Positions 13,898 to 25,492 of a stretch of 64,000 nt of DNA are shown here, piece after piece. The position numbers were made by a program, and so were the translations under genes. The notes beneath the pieces are model-generated. The model worked only from the letters and a program-made list of their open reading frames with translations. It did no database searches and was not told where the DNA came from. Within the stretch, counting starts at the first letter, position 1, and each line of letters begins with the position of its first letter. Source of the DNA: the human T2T-CHM13v2.0 reference genome, Homo sapiens; the NCBI RefSeq assembly GCF_009914755.1, contig NC_060948.1; one strand, 5' to 3'.

Positions 13898-13989
13898 ATC
13901 CCCCCTCTAAACAGGACACCCCAACTGCTGTTGGGAATTTGGCCAATGACCACTCTAGCTACTCACTGCTGGATAGAGGTGAAGAAAGG

Positions 13990-15757
13990 GCCCTTCAGTT
14001 GTAGTGTCCTCCAGAGGGGAACGCTTTAGGCCAGTGGAAGGGCCAGCGTGTTGGTCCAGGGGTCCTCAGTAGAAGTTGTTAGTTGAGCTCATTTGGGTTT
14101 CCATTTGTAAGACCATCTGTAGCTTCTTGGCCTCAATTCCAAGGAAACAAATTTGAGAAGCAGGTTAAAAATACAGGGTCCAAAGGTGAGTAAAAGCAAG
14201 ATGGCTGCCACAGGACCTAGAAAGCGGAGAAGCCATGTTGCCCAACTAGAGAGGTTGGTATGAGTTTGAAAGGCATTGTCTGATTTCAGAAACCATTTCC
14301 TATAAATGCTGGGTGGCATCTCGTACTATCCCTGATGGCTTAGTGTAAAAACAACACTCTTCCCCTAAGAAGGTGCAGAGTCCTCCTTTCTCAGCAGTGA
14401 GGAGGTCTAGGCTTCAGCGGTTTTGGAGAGTCACTGCAGCTAAAGAGTCTATTTGGGATTGCAGAGTAAGGATAGGTTCGTTATTTCTTACAAACCGCCT
14501 GAGAAATCCTTTGAGAGTATGTGGCAGTAGGATAATGAAGTAGATATACTGGCTCTTCTGGTTCCTGTAGCAGTAGCCATTCCTAACCCTATAAGTAGGT
14601 GGTATTTGTTGTATGGCCCTGTGCTGATGGACTTGAGCTTTGAGGGGTACTGATAAGTTTTGATTTCCTGGGGCAATGTTAATGTTGGAAGTTAGAAAGA
14701 CTAAGTGCAGCTGTCTGTCCACTTAGTGGGGAGGCAGATATAGGTCGATGTTCCACATAAGAAGAATATACCTTGGCTGGGTAGACAGAACTGGTTGTGT
14801 ATGTTAAAAAGGTGTGTGAATTTGTTGTTTTCTTTTTCCCATACTCCTAGAGTACTTGCCAAGGTAGCTCCAGTGACTGGCTGGCAAGGGGTGTTGGGAG
14901 AAAACTGAATGGCTCCCTGTGTTCTATTTTCCCATTGGAGAAAAAAACGTTTTGTATCCACTAGGAACAATTTGAGAGAGTGATTGAAAGAGGGGATGAG
15001 AAGGCATTCACTAGTGGTGGGGGCACTGCTGCAGGGGGCCCAGGGGTGAATGATCATGCAGGGAGTATGTTTGCCATTACAAAACCTGGACCGTTTGTTA
15101 AGCAGGGAGGCAGTGATGATTTTGGGGCCCTGAGAAGCAGACAAGCTGTCTGAATGGAGCTGTTTGGGTTACTATGATCAGTTGGGGCTTGAAGTTGTAG
15201 GGTGTAATTACACTGATGGGGTAGTAGGTGCCCCAGGGGCAGGCTCATAAGAGGTTGCATTGGCTGCATAAAGGAGCTTGGAAAGTTAAGATAGTATTCA
15301 TAGCTACAGGGCCATGTATGGGCTTTTCATTGCTTGCATAATAGGTGTGGTTGGAAATCTAAGAACGTAAAAGTTGGATTGCACATCCTGTTAGGGTATT
15401 CTTGATCCTATCAGAGATGGGGAAGTTGGCTAACGATTGCATATTTAGAAGTCAGAAAGGGTCTTTTCCTTCATAACAAGGGTGGTAGGTTAAGTTGGTA
15501 AAGATGCAATTTTTGGCAGGAATGGGAGTGGCAACATAAGAAGAGGTTGATAGGGAGACACAAAGCCAACAGTCATTTGCCAGGGAAGGACTGGACTGGT
15601 TTAACAGAGACTGGGTTAAGTTGAGAGTCTTGTAGAGGAAATTAGGAAAAAGTGGAAGGGGAGGGATGATTATATGAGGTATCCAAGGAAGCAGGAGGGA
15701 TGCATAGGCAAAGAGCAAATAGGAAGGTAAAGAGGATGCTCTGGAAGAAGAGATCAT
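13990..15757 (-). pseudogene. env: HERV9 env, frameshifted with stops
   Basis: ORF fragments include LANDCWLC (SU) and [39 protein letters not shown] (immunosuppressive domain plus CX6CC), then TM LLLLTFGPCIFNLL. Confidence 0.88.
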
Positions 15758-15897
15758 TTTCTCGAGTCTGAGTTAAAGGTAGGAGTAAATTGCTGTTAAA
15801 AGAAGAAAGATGGAAGGTTGATGTGATTAGCATTTTCGTACTGGCAGGAGCTAGAGTATATAATCCTATCACAAAGAGTATGGTTAGTGTGTTGTTT

Positions 15898-18800
15898 TCA
15901 CTTATCTTTTTTAAGCAGGAAGGAGTTTTTCCTCAGGATCAGTGGTAGGAGCCTTTTTAGTGTGGGATGTTTCCTTCTGAAATAGAAGATGCAAGTCCTC
16001 CAATGGTTCACAGGTGTATCGAGGCTGGTCTGGCTGATCTTGGGACTCCTGAGCTGACGGTTCCACAGGTTCCTCAGGGGACGTCCAAAGTTTAACTCAG
16101 GTGTGGTAATCCAAGTTTCCATTCCTGCCACCTTAATCGCAGTGAGAGTAGAGAGGATTACCGAGTATGGTCCTTCCCACAAAGAGTTGAAACAACTCTG
16201 TTCCCTTTTCTCTGTGACATCCTTCAGGTAGGTTTTTAAGGTTTTGTTGATATTTTGACAAAGAAGTTATATCTTTGACCAAGTAGGCCATTTCCTGATC
16301 CAGTAGGGGGTCTTTTGTGAGAAAAGATCATCCATACAGCATTTCATATGGACTGAGCCCCATTTTGTGAGGAGAATTTAGGATTCTCAACAAGGCAATG
16401 GTCAAAATAGCTAGGCCATGGGAGATGTGTTTCTTGTGTTAGTTTCCTTAAGTGTCTCTTAAGTGTTTCATTTGCCTTCTTGACCTTCCCTGAGGATTGT
16501 GGCCTCCAGGCACAGTGAAGGTGATATTGTATCGCTAGCACCCTGGAAATTCCTTGAGTTATCGCAGCCTTAAAAGCCAGACAATTTTCACTCTGTAAGC
16601 TTTGGGGAAGCCCAAATATAGAAATTATTTCATGAATTAGGAGTTTAATCACTTCCTAAACCTTCTCTGTCTTGCAGGGGAAAGCTTCTATCCAATCTGT
16701 AAAGGCATCAACACAGACCAACAAGTATTGAAATCCCTTTGAGTTAGGCATATGGGTGAAATCTAACTGCCAGTCCTTTCCAGAATAGTGACCTATTCTT
16801 TGCTCCCCCAAAGGGGTCTTACTATGGATGAAGGGATTATTCCTTTGGCACACCTAACAGGCTTTGACTACCTGTTGGATGGTTTGGAGAAGATTTGGCC
16901 CTGTAAATAGGGATTTGGCCATTTGATGAGTGTTTTCAATACCCATATGTAAAGTTTGGTGGAGGGTTTTACGTATTTTCCACTGGCTGGCTTTGGGTAT
17001 AAGTACCTTTCCTTCTTCTGTAGCCAACCTGAGGGGAGAAAACTATGCCCCCATGAAATTCCCCACTCTGCTTCAGGTGGGGAATACTGAGGCTTAATCT
17101 CTTGGTGGGGGTTTGTTCCATACTAAGGGTCCTTCCATAGGTATTTCTAAAGGGGGATTCTGCCTGGCAGGAATTTTGGCCTCAGAATCAAACCAACAGT
17201 TTCCTTCTGACTTTTCTCCTTCACCTTTCTGATGGTTTTGGCAGTGTAAGACTGCCACCTCTTTGGGTTTTTCCACTGCATGCAATAACTGTATAATTTC
17301 CTTGTGGTATTTAATGGGGGTCCTCACAGAGGTTAGGAACTCCCTTTCTTTCCATATTGCAGCATGGGCATGTAGGATTAGATAACCGTACTTGCTATCT
17401 GTGTACACATTTACTCTTTTTCTTTTTCCCAGTTCTAAGGCTCGGGTAAGTGTCATTAGTTCTGCTAACTGGGCACTGGACCCTGCAGAAACAGGCTTAC
17501 TTTCAAGTAAGGTTAGTTCACTAACTATAGCATAACCTGCCCTTCATATCCTGTTCTTCACTAATGAACTTCGATCGGTACATAGGTTAAGGTCAGGATT
17601 AGCTAAGGGGACTTCTAAGAGATCATCTCGGGTGGCATAAGTCTGGACTATAATTTGTTGGCAGTCATACTCGATGGAGTCCCCATCCTCTGGGATAAAA
17701 GTGGCAGGGTTGAGGGCCACACACATATGTATTTGAAGAACTGGTCCCTCAAAGAGTAGCACCTGATGTCTAAGTAGGCAGTTTCCTTATAGCCATACAC
17801 TTCCTTTGGTACCTAGTATGCCATTTACATCATAAGCAGTACAGACAGTGAGATTCTTTCCTTGTATTATTTTGATAGCCTCTGACACTAAGACCACCAC
17901 CACTGCAACTACTCATAAACAGTGAGGCCAGCCTTTTGCTACTTCATCAATTACCTTACTTAGATATGCCACTGGTTGTGGGGTTGTCCCACGAGTCTGA
18001 GTAAGGACTCCAAGAGTGATCCCTGCTCTCAGTGATGTATAAAGAGCAGTTTTATCCTTTGGAAAGGCTTAAAGCTGGAGCTTGTACTAGGGCCTGCTTT
18101 AAGGTTTTGAAGACTATTTCTGCCTCTTGTTCCCATTCTACTAGATGAGCATTTGCTCTCTGGGTCTCCTTGACTAGAGTATAGAGGGGCCAGGCTAACT
18201 TGCCGTTTCTGGGGATCCATAGTCAGCAAAAGCCAGTGACTCTAAGGAACCCTCATAACAGTTCTAAGGTCTTAGGGTGAGGATGAGCCAGTATAGGCTG
18301 TCTTCATTCCTTGCTGAGGGCCCTGGTCCCTCTGGCTAAGACTAGGCCTAGATATTTGACCTGCTGTAGGCAAAGCTGGGCCTTTGACCTAGACACTTTG
18401 TATCCTTGATTAGCTAGAAATTTCAAGAGATCTAGAGTAGCCTGCTGGTATGAGGCTTCTGAAATGGTAGCCAAAAATAAATCATCCACATACTGAAGGA
18501 CCAGAGTGCCTGGACTTGAGAAGTGGCCTAGATCTTGGGCCAGTGCCTGATCAAACAGATGAGGGCTATCTTTAAATCCTTGGGTCTAGACTGTCCATGT
18601 AAGTTGGAATGTGTGATCTTGCAGGATCCTCAAAGGCAAAGAGAAACTGCGAGTCAGAGTGCAGGGGAATACAGAAGAAGGCATCCTTGAGGTCCAGAAC
18701 AATGAACCATTCTGCTTCTTCTGGTATTTGACAGAGCAGGGTATAGGGTTTGGGTACAACCGGATATAGAGGAATTAGTGCCTCATTGATGAGTTTAAGA

Positions 18801-19427
18801 TCTTGCACTAATCTTCACTGACCATTTGGTTTTTGTATTCCTAGAACTGGGGTGTTGTAGGGACTGCTGCATTTCCTTACTAAGCCTTCAGCTTCTAAAT
18901 GTTTAACAATATCCTGTAATCCTTTATGAGCTTCAGGCCTTAAGGGATATTGCCTTTGACAAGGAAAAGTGGTGGGATCTTTTAGCCTGATTTGGACTGG
19001 GTGAACATATTTTGCCCTTCGAAATTGTCCTTCCAATGCCCAGACTTCAGGGTTGATTCCCTCCTCAAGTAGGGGACAACAAATGAGTAATTTACTCCCC
19101 ATATTCATGTAGATAATGGCTCCAGCTTTGGCTAATATATCCCTCCCTAGTAAGGGTGCAGAACTTTCAGGCATAACAAGAAAGGCATGTGAAAAGAGCA
19201 GCCTCCCAATTACAATTAAGGAGGTGGGAGAAATACCTGGTTACAGGATGTCCCAGGATTCCTTGGATGGTAACGGACCTTGAGCACAGTCATCCAGGAC
19301 AGCAGATTACCACTGAGAAGGCTGCACCAGTGTCCAGAAGGAAGTCAATTTCCTGGCCACCAATGGTTAAGCATATCCAGGGCTCAGTGAGGGTCGCAAC
19401 GTGAGCTGACACTTGCCCAGGGCACCC
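15898..19427 (-). pseudogene. pol: HERV9 pro-pol, disrupted
   Basis: FLLDTGAA (protease), LDLKDAFF and QYVDDL (RT), VYTDSKY (RNase H), WQLDFTHMP and RPQSSGKV (integrase), WEGPY. Split over many frames. Confidence 0.92.
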
Positions 19428-20884
19428 TCATTCCTGTTGTTGGATTATCTGGTTGGGGGCCTCTGACCTAAAGAACCTTTGTCCTCTGGGGCAGTGCACC
19501 TTCCAGTGATTGTCTCAGCATAGCGGACATGGATTACGGGGTGGCTTGTTCCTCATTGGACAATCTTTTTTAAAGTGTCCTTGTAAACCACACTGATAAC
19601 AACCGCTACCAGGTGATTGGCCTGCTCCATTTTCTGTCCTCTCTGAACCAGCAAGGTTTGTCTGTCTGAGGTCCATGACTAAGGCTGCGGCCTTTCTCTG
19701 ATCCTGCTTTTCCTTTTGGGCCTGTTCCTCTTAGTCGTTATTATAGAACATGGAGGTTGCCAGGTTTAATAATGCCTCTAGATTTTGTTCAGGGCCAAGG
19801 GCTTGCTTTTGCAGCCTTCTCCTGATATCTGTGGCTGATTGGGTAATAAACTTATCTTTTAGAATCAATTGACCCTCAAGTGATTCGGGTGACAGGGGAG
19901 TATATTTTCATAAGGCCTCCCATAGCCACTCAAGGAAGGCAGAAGGATTTTCTTCCTTTCCCTGAGTTATGGTGGACATCATTGAATAATTCATGAGATT
20001 TTTCCTAATTCTCCTTAGTCCTTCTAGAACACAGGTCAACAGATGTTTACGACTCCAGTCCCCCTGATCTGAGTCAAGATACCAGTGGGGATCCATACTG
20101 GGGATGGCTTGCTGACTGGTAGGGATTTTTTCCCTTTCTTCAGCTGTCATTCTATCACTTACTTGGCTAAGATACCAGGTATCTCCAAACTCGGGCTGCT
20201 GCTAAAGACACATTCTTTTCATTAAAGGCCAGGCTTTTGCCTAACAGTAGCATAACATCTCTCCAAGCGAGGTCAAAGGTTTGCCCTAGACTCTGTAGGA
20301 CATCTATGTACTTATCGGGATCATCTGAAAACTTCCCCAGGTCTGCCTTGGTCTGCTTTAAGTCAGAGAGGGAGAAGGGTACATGTATCTGAGTTGGACC
20401 AAATTCCCCTTCCCCTAGAGCTTGTAGGGGGCATAACTGATAGTCTGGAGGGTTTGGGGTCCTTTGGAGATTTCTTTGCTTATTTCCTTCTGGGCAGGGG
20501 AGATAAGAGGAGGCTTATCATTAATAAGAAGGGGAGCTGTAGGGAGGCTAGGATATGGGGGTAAGCTGAAATGTCCTCCTGTGGGGTGTAAATTGCAAAC
20601 TTTGCATAGTTGTGTATTCTCCTTCAATGAAAAGAAAGCTTGGACATAAGGCATTTCACTCCATTTGCCTTCCCTCTTACAAAAGAGGTCAAGCTGTAGG
20701 ATAGTATTGTCATTTGTACTTCCCTCAGGTGGCCATTTTTCCCCATCAGAGGGAGAATATTGGGGCAAGCCAAAGTGCAGAAAAAAATGAGCCACCTACT
20801 TTTCAGGATTGGTGTGTCAAATTGGTACCATTGGCTTAGGATGCATTTCAAGGGTGAACCTCTTGATGCCGGAGTGTTTTCCAT
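19428..20884 (-). pseudogene. gag: HERV9 gag, disrupted
   Basis: MENTPAS start, [23 protein letters not shown], major homology region ITQGKEENPSAFLE, zinc knuckle CYQCGLQGHFKKDC. Confidence 0.88.
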
Positions 20885-22183
20885 CTGAAAGGCAAAACTG
20901 CCTATGGTTTTGTTCTGTTTTGTTTCTCCCCCTGCCCAAGAACCCACAATGGTCCCTGGACACTGCTGATCAGAATAGTTGTGCTCACTGATGCAGCAGG
21001 AGGGACAATGCCTGCTCAAGATCCCACAACAGTCCCTGGACCCTGCTGATCAGAATAGTTGCACTCACCAATGCAGCAGCAGAAACACTAGTTTTCCTCC
21101 AAGACCACAAGGAGGAGTGAAGAAGGTCAGATTTAGTGGCCCTTTCTGATGCATTTTGGGAAAGCTGCACCCTTGCCTGTCCTCCTAGACCACAAGGAGG
21201 ACCAGAAAAAATTGGATTTAGTGGCCCTTACTGATGCATTCTCAAAAACCTGTTAGAGTCCTAAGCATTCTCCTCTTAGTACTGGGACCTTATCTGTGTC
21301 CTATAAAGATATTATGCCCCAAAAAAGAAGTGGAGGTCCATAACCTGAGGGAAGGAAATGATCTCCAGGTTTGGAAGTGTGACACCTTTTGTCCTCACTT
21401 ATGTGAATAAGAAGGATACAATTTCTGAGGCTCCCCATATCCTAGCTTCAGCAATAGCTTTTGTTAGGCCTGCTAGTCTGAGGTGGGATCCTAAAATTCC
21501 AGATATTTCCCCCTGCAATGGGGCTTTGGGCAAAAAATATGTTTTTCTGATTGGTGAGCCCAGGTGCCTGAGGAAGGTAACAGAGTCCTGAAGCTTACAC
21601 TAGAAATCATATTATAGCAGAAACTAAGGAAGCACCAGAGACAGGGAATGGTTTTTAGAAGTGGGGCTAGCCTCAGAGAAAAGTGGCAAGAGGAAGTTTG
21701 TCTGGCAGGCATTAGGACCCAGGGGCAAGTGTCAAGATAGATAGGATAGATGGACGAGTCTCTCTTGGGCAACATGCCTTTGAGAGTTCTGCTCATGGCT
21801 GCAGGGTCAACCAACTTGTTGTCAGGACCCTGGAGCCGAATGGCTTTCCTCTCTGTCAACCCTTGGCTTGGCCCAGAATTACAGGAAAAGTGGAAGCTGG
21901 TTTGAGGCAAACCAACGCTCCCAACTCCAAAGAGTCGGGGGTTGTTAGAGAGCCCTTTTCAGAAAGGCTGACACCCGTGTCTTTAGTCCAGCAGCCACGC
22001 TAGTTGCTTTTAACTGGCCGAAAGGTGCCCAATATTTAGCCCCAGAATTCTAGGGAAAAATAGCACATAATAGCAAGAGAAAGGGGTCTGATGGTACTCA
22101 CCACTTGGCAGTAGGTGATGATCTCACCAATAGGCGATGGTCTTACCACTTGCTGATAGTCTCACTGCTTGGTGATAGGCGAT

Positions 22184-22202
22184 AGTACCTTTGTGATTGC
22201 CA
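22184..22202 (-). promoter_or_regulatory. Primer binding site (tRNA-Arg type)
   Basis: Minus strand reads TGGCAATCACAAAGGTACT, a CpG-decayed form of TGGCGACCACGAAGGGACT, just inside the 5' LTR. Confidence 0.75.
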
Positions 22203-22205
22203 AAA

Positions 22206-23352
22206 TGCGTCTGGAATTGATGGGTTGTTGGTCTCACTGACTTCAAGAATGAAGCTGCCAACCCTAGTGGTGAGTGTTACCGTTCTAAAAGATGGTGTGT
22301 CTAGAGTTTGTTCCTTCAGATGTTCAGATGTGTCCAGAGTTTCTTGCTTCTGGTGGTCTCACTGACTTCCGGAGTGAAGATGCAGACCTTCGCGGAGACT
22401 GTTACAGCTCTTAAAGGCAGCTTGTCTGGAGTTGTTAATTCCTCGTGGTGGGTTCATGATCTCACTGGCCTCAGGAGTGATGCTGCAGACCTTCACGGTG
22501 AGCTAATAAAGGTGATGTGGGCCCAAGTAAGGAGCAGCAGCAAGATTCATTGCAAAGAGCGAAAGAACAAAGCTTCCACAGCATGGAAGGGGACCTGAGT
22601 GGATTGCCACTGCTGGCTCGGGTGACCTGCTTTTATTCCCTTATCTGGCCCCACCTACATCCTAATGATTGGTTCATTTCACATAGAGCTCACTCGTCCA
22701 TTTCACAGAGAGCTGATTGGTCGGTTTTCTCAGAGTGCTTATTGGTGCATTTACAATAACTTAGCTAGACAGAGTGCTGATTGGTGCATTTACAATCCTT
22801 TAGCTAGATACAAAAGTTCTCCAAGTTGCCACCAGATTAGCTAGACACAGAGCTCTAATTGGTGCATTTACAAACCTTTAGCTAGACACAGAGTGCTGAT
22901 TGGCACATTTACAATCCTTAAGCTAGGCAGAAAAGTTCTCCAAGTCCCCATCTGACCCAGAAGCCCAGCTGGCTTCACCTCTCAATGGAACTCACTGGGG
23001 ACTTTGTGGCATCTAGCCCAGGCACTCCAGCAGCCCAGAGGGAGCTCATCCTCTGATCAAGCCCAGCAGGTGCTGGCCAGCTTCGCTGAGTGTGGGGCCC
23101 ACCCAGCCTGCACCCACATGGAACCAATGTCAGCCCAGGAGTGCCATGCACAGCCCTGGCTCCCACTGGCACCTGTCCCTCCACACCTCCCCGTGAGCAG
23201 AGGGAGCTGGTTCCACCCTCAGCCAGCCACAGAGAGGGGCCCCCACAGTGCAGTGGCAGGCTGAAGGGCTCCTGGAGCACAGCCAGAGCAGACTCCGAGG
23301 CCGAGGAGGCACCAAGAGCAAGCGAGGGCTGCTAGCACATTATCACCTCTCA
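22206..23352 (-). mobile_element. HERV9 5' LTR (LTR12)
   Basis: Termini tgcgtctggaattg and atcacctctca; tandem gctgattggtgcatttacaa CCAAT repeats. Confidence 0.92.
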
Positions 23353-23356
23353 TCAT

Positions 23357-23466
23357 CAGCTAAGCTATTTTTTTTTTCTACTTCTGGTTTGACATTGAAT
23401 TCTTTCCTGAACAAAGCCAAGAAACCAGGAGGCTTAGCTCTGTTTGCGGCTTGCCTCTCCTGCATT
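23357..23466 (+). mobile_element. 3' remainder of the interrupted MER66/MER41-like LTR
   Basis: ttgaattctttcctgaacaaagccaagaa...gcttgcctctcctgca is a typical U5 end for this LTR group. Confidence 0.6.
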
Positions 23467-23849
23467 GTGTCTACTATTCCATTCCAAGATTTAGTAAACT
23501 ACAAATTAAGCAGATGAAGTGAATACAATTACTTTAAATGCAAAAGTTAAAGGTCACCAAAAAATTCAACAATCAACACTAAGAATACTTTTTAATGCAA
23601 TGTTTTCATAATCCAAAATAATGCATAATCATAAAAAAGTATTATAATATTTTTAAAGATGGCACATTATTGATTCTTTATTTTGCTTAATGCTTCAGTA
23701 TTCCTTAGCATAGCATTCATATTGATACTGATCTTATCTTTCCATAAAATATTTTGTCCAACATTTAATTTTTATTAATAATTATTTATGACGATTGCTC
23801 TGAAATACAGATCTTAATTACTGAGGCTTTTAAATCAATAAATCTTAGT

Positions 23850-24650
23850 AGAGTAGTTTTAGCCTTATAACAAAATTGAGAAGCAAGTAAAGAAAGCTCC
23901 CTTACACCCTGTGCCCACATGTACAACCTTCCCCACTATCAATATCTCTAATGAGACTGGTATGTTTGTTACAATTCATAAACCTACATCAACACTTTAT
24001 CATTCAATATCTGCAATTTACATTAGGACTCATTTTTACTGTTGCACATTCTATGAGTTTTGACAAACATGTAATAAAATATATCCAAAATTATAGTATT
24101 ATGTAGAATAGTTTCAGTATTGTATACTCTAATAATTACCTGAGTTGTGCCTATTTATTGTACTCTCCCTTGTAAATCATTGTGACCACTAATCTTTTTA
24201 CTTCTTCAATAATTTTTTTCTAGATTGCCATATATTTGAAATAATATGTGTAGCATTTTCTGATTTGCTTATTTCACTTGTAAATATACATTTAATTTCC
24301 TTCCATGTCTTTTCATGACTTGAAAGCTCATTTTTTTCAGTGCTGAACAGTGTTAGATAAATAGTCCATAAACCACAGTTTATCCACTTAACTACTATAC
24401 AACATGTCCATATGCAAATTTTGATGTAAACATGTTTTTAGTTTAGTTGGAAAAATTCCAAGAAGCAAGACCGCTGGATGAGATTGAGAGAGTGTTTAGT
24501 TTTGTTAAAACAAAACAAAGCCTACCAGACATTCTTCTAAATTTGCTGTTATCAGTTTTTAGAATTTTTGCTATTTAATGTTTAATTTATTATCACATTC
24601 ACAACTACCCAATAATATATGATGGTTATCATCCTTTCATATGCTCATTC
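23850..24650 (-). mobile_element. Old L1M (L1MB/MC) 3' end
   Basis: aaaattgagaagcaagta, tgtgaccactaatctttt and ttgcttatttcactt are antisense L1M 3' UTR motifs. Confidence 0.6.
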
Positions 24651-24666
24651 CCTTAGTCTTAACTAT

Positions 24667-24900
24667 TGGGGAGGCAAAGGAAAAGGATACGTGAGACTTG
24701 GAATTGGGAGGCTGCAGTGAGCTATGATGGAACCACTGCACTACAGCCCGGGGACAGAGACCCTGTCTCAAAAAAAAAAAAAAAAAAAAAAAGAGCAAAC
24801 AAAAGAAGAAAAGAAGGAAGGAAGGGAGAAAGGAAAAGAAAGAGTAGACAAGGGAAGGGAAGGAAAAAAGAAAAAGAAAAAAGGGAAATGAAGAAGGAAT
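24667..24900 (+). mobile_element. Alu monomer/AluJ fragment with poly-A and GA-rich tail
   Basis: gaggctgcagtgagctatgat...gaccctgtctcaaaa. Confidence 0.8.
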
Positions 24901-24986
24901 AATTTGTCAGCAAAATAGTGATGCCTAAGCAGGTTTTTCAGGTTTATTCCCTAGGATTCATTATATACGAGTTTGGTATTTAGTGT

Positions 24987-25290
24987 GTTTACTTGTTTTG
25001 TTTTGTTTTTGAGACTGGGTCATGCTGTATCACCCAGTCCAGAGTGCAGTGGCATGATCTTCGCTTAGTACAAACTCCACCTCCTGGGTGTAAAGGATTC
25101 TCCCAGCTCACCACCTGTAGGGGGGACCACAGTCTCATGCCACTACTCCCAGCTAATTGTATGTGTTTTTGGTAGAGACAGAGTTTCACCTTTTTGCCCA
25201 GGCTGGCCTGGAACACCTGGCCTCAAGTCATCTGGCTCCCCTTGGCCTCCCAATGTGCTGGAATTACAGGCTTAAGCCAACAACCTGGGC
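24987..25290 (-). mobile_element. AluJ
   Basis: Diverged reverse-complement Alu dimer. Confidence 0.88.
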
Positions 25291-25448
25291 CTACAGATAG
25301 GGTTTTTCTTTCCAAACAATTCTTGATAAATCATGTGTTTTCTGAAATTATCTGTCATCTTATTTTCCACATCACTATAATAGTGCAAAGATTTCTTATA
25401 ATTCTTTCATGTTTCTTTCTCTTGTTAAATTATTCTCTTGTTATTCTT

Positions 25449-25452
<4 letters not shown>

Positions 25453-25488
<36 letters not shown>

Positions 25489-25492
25489 TGTG
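25453..25492. repeat. (TG)n microsatellite
   Basis: Directly visible. Confidence 0.95.

Larger units (their letters stand above)
13105..23352 (-). mobile_element. HERV9 (ERV9/LTR12) provirus, full structure, defective
   Basis: Two LTR12s, tRNA-Arg PBS, polypurine tract, gag-pro-pol-env fragments, and a 4-bp TSD TCAT at 13101-13104 and 23353-23356. Confidence 0.93.

Noticed and set aside
13990-15757. Possible co-opted (syncytin-like) env
   Set aside because: There are multiple frameshifts and a stop within the immunosuppressive domain (LQNR*).
20935-21245. Paired direct repeats in the HERV9 leader
   Set aside because: They are most likely part of the normal HERV9 internal consensus rather than locus-specific.
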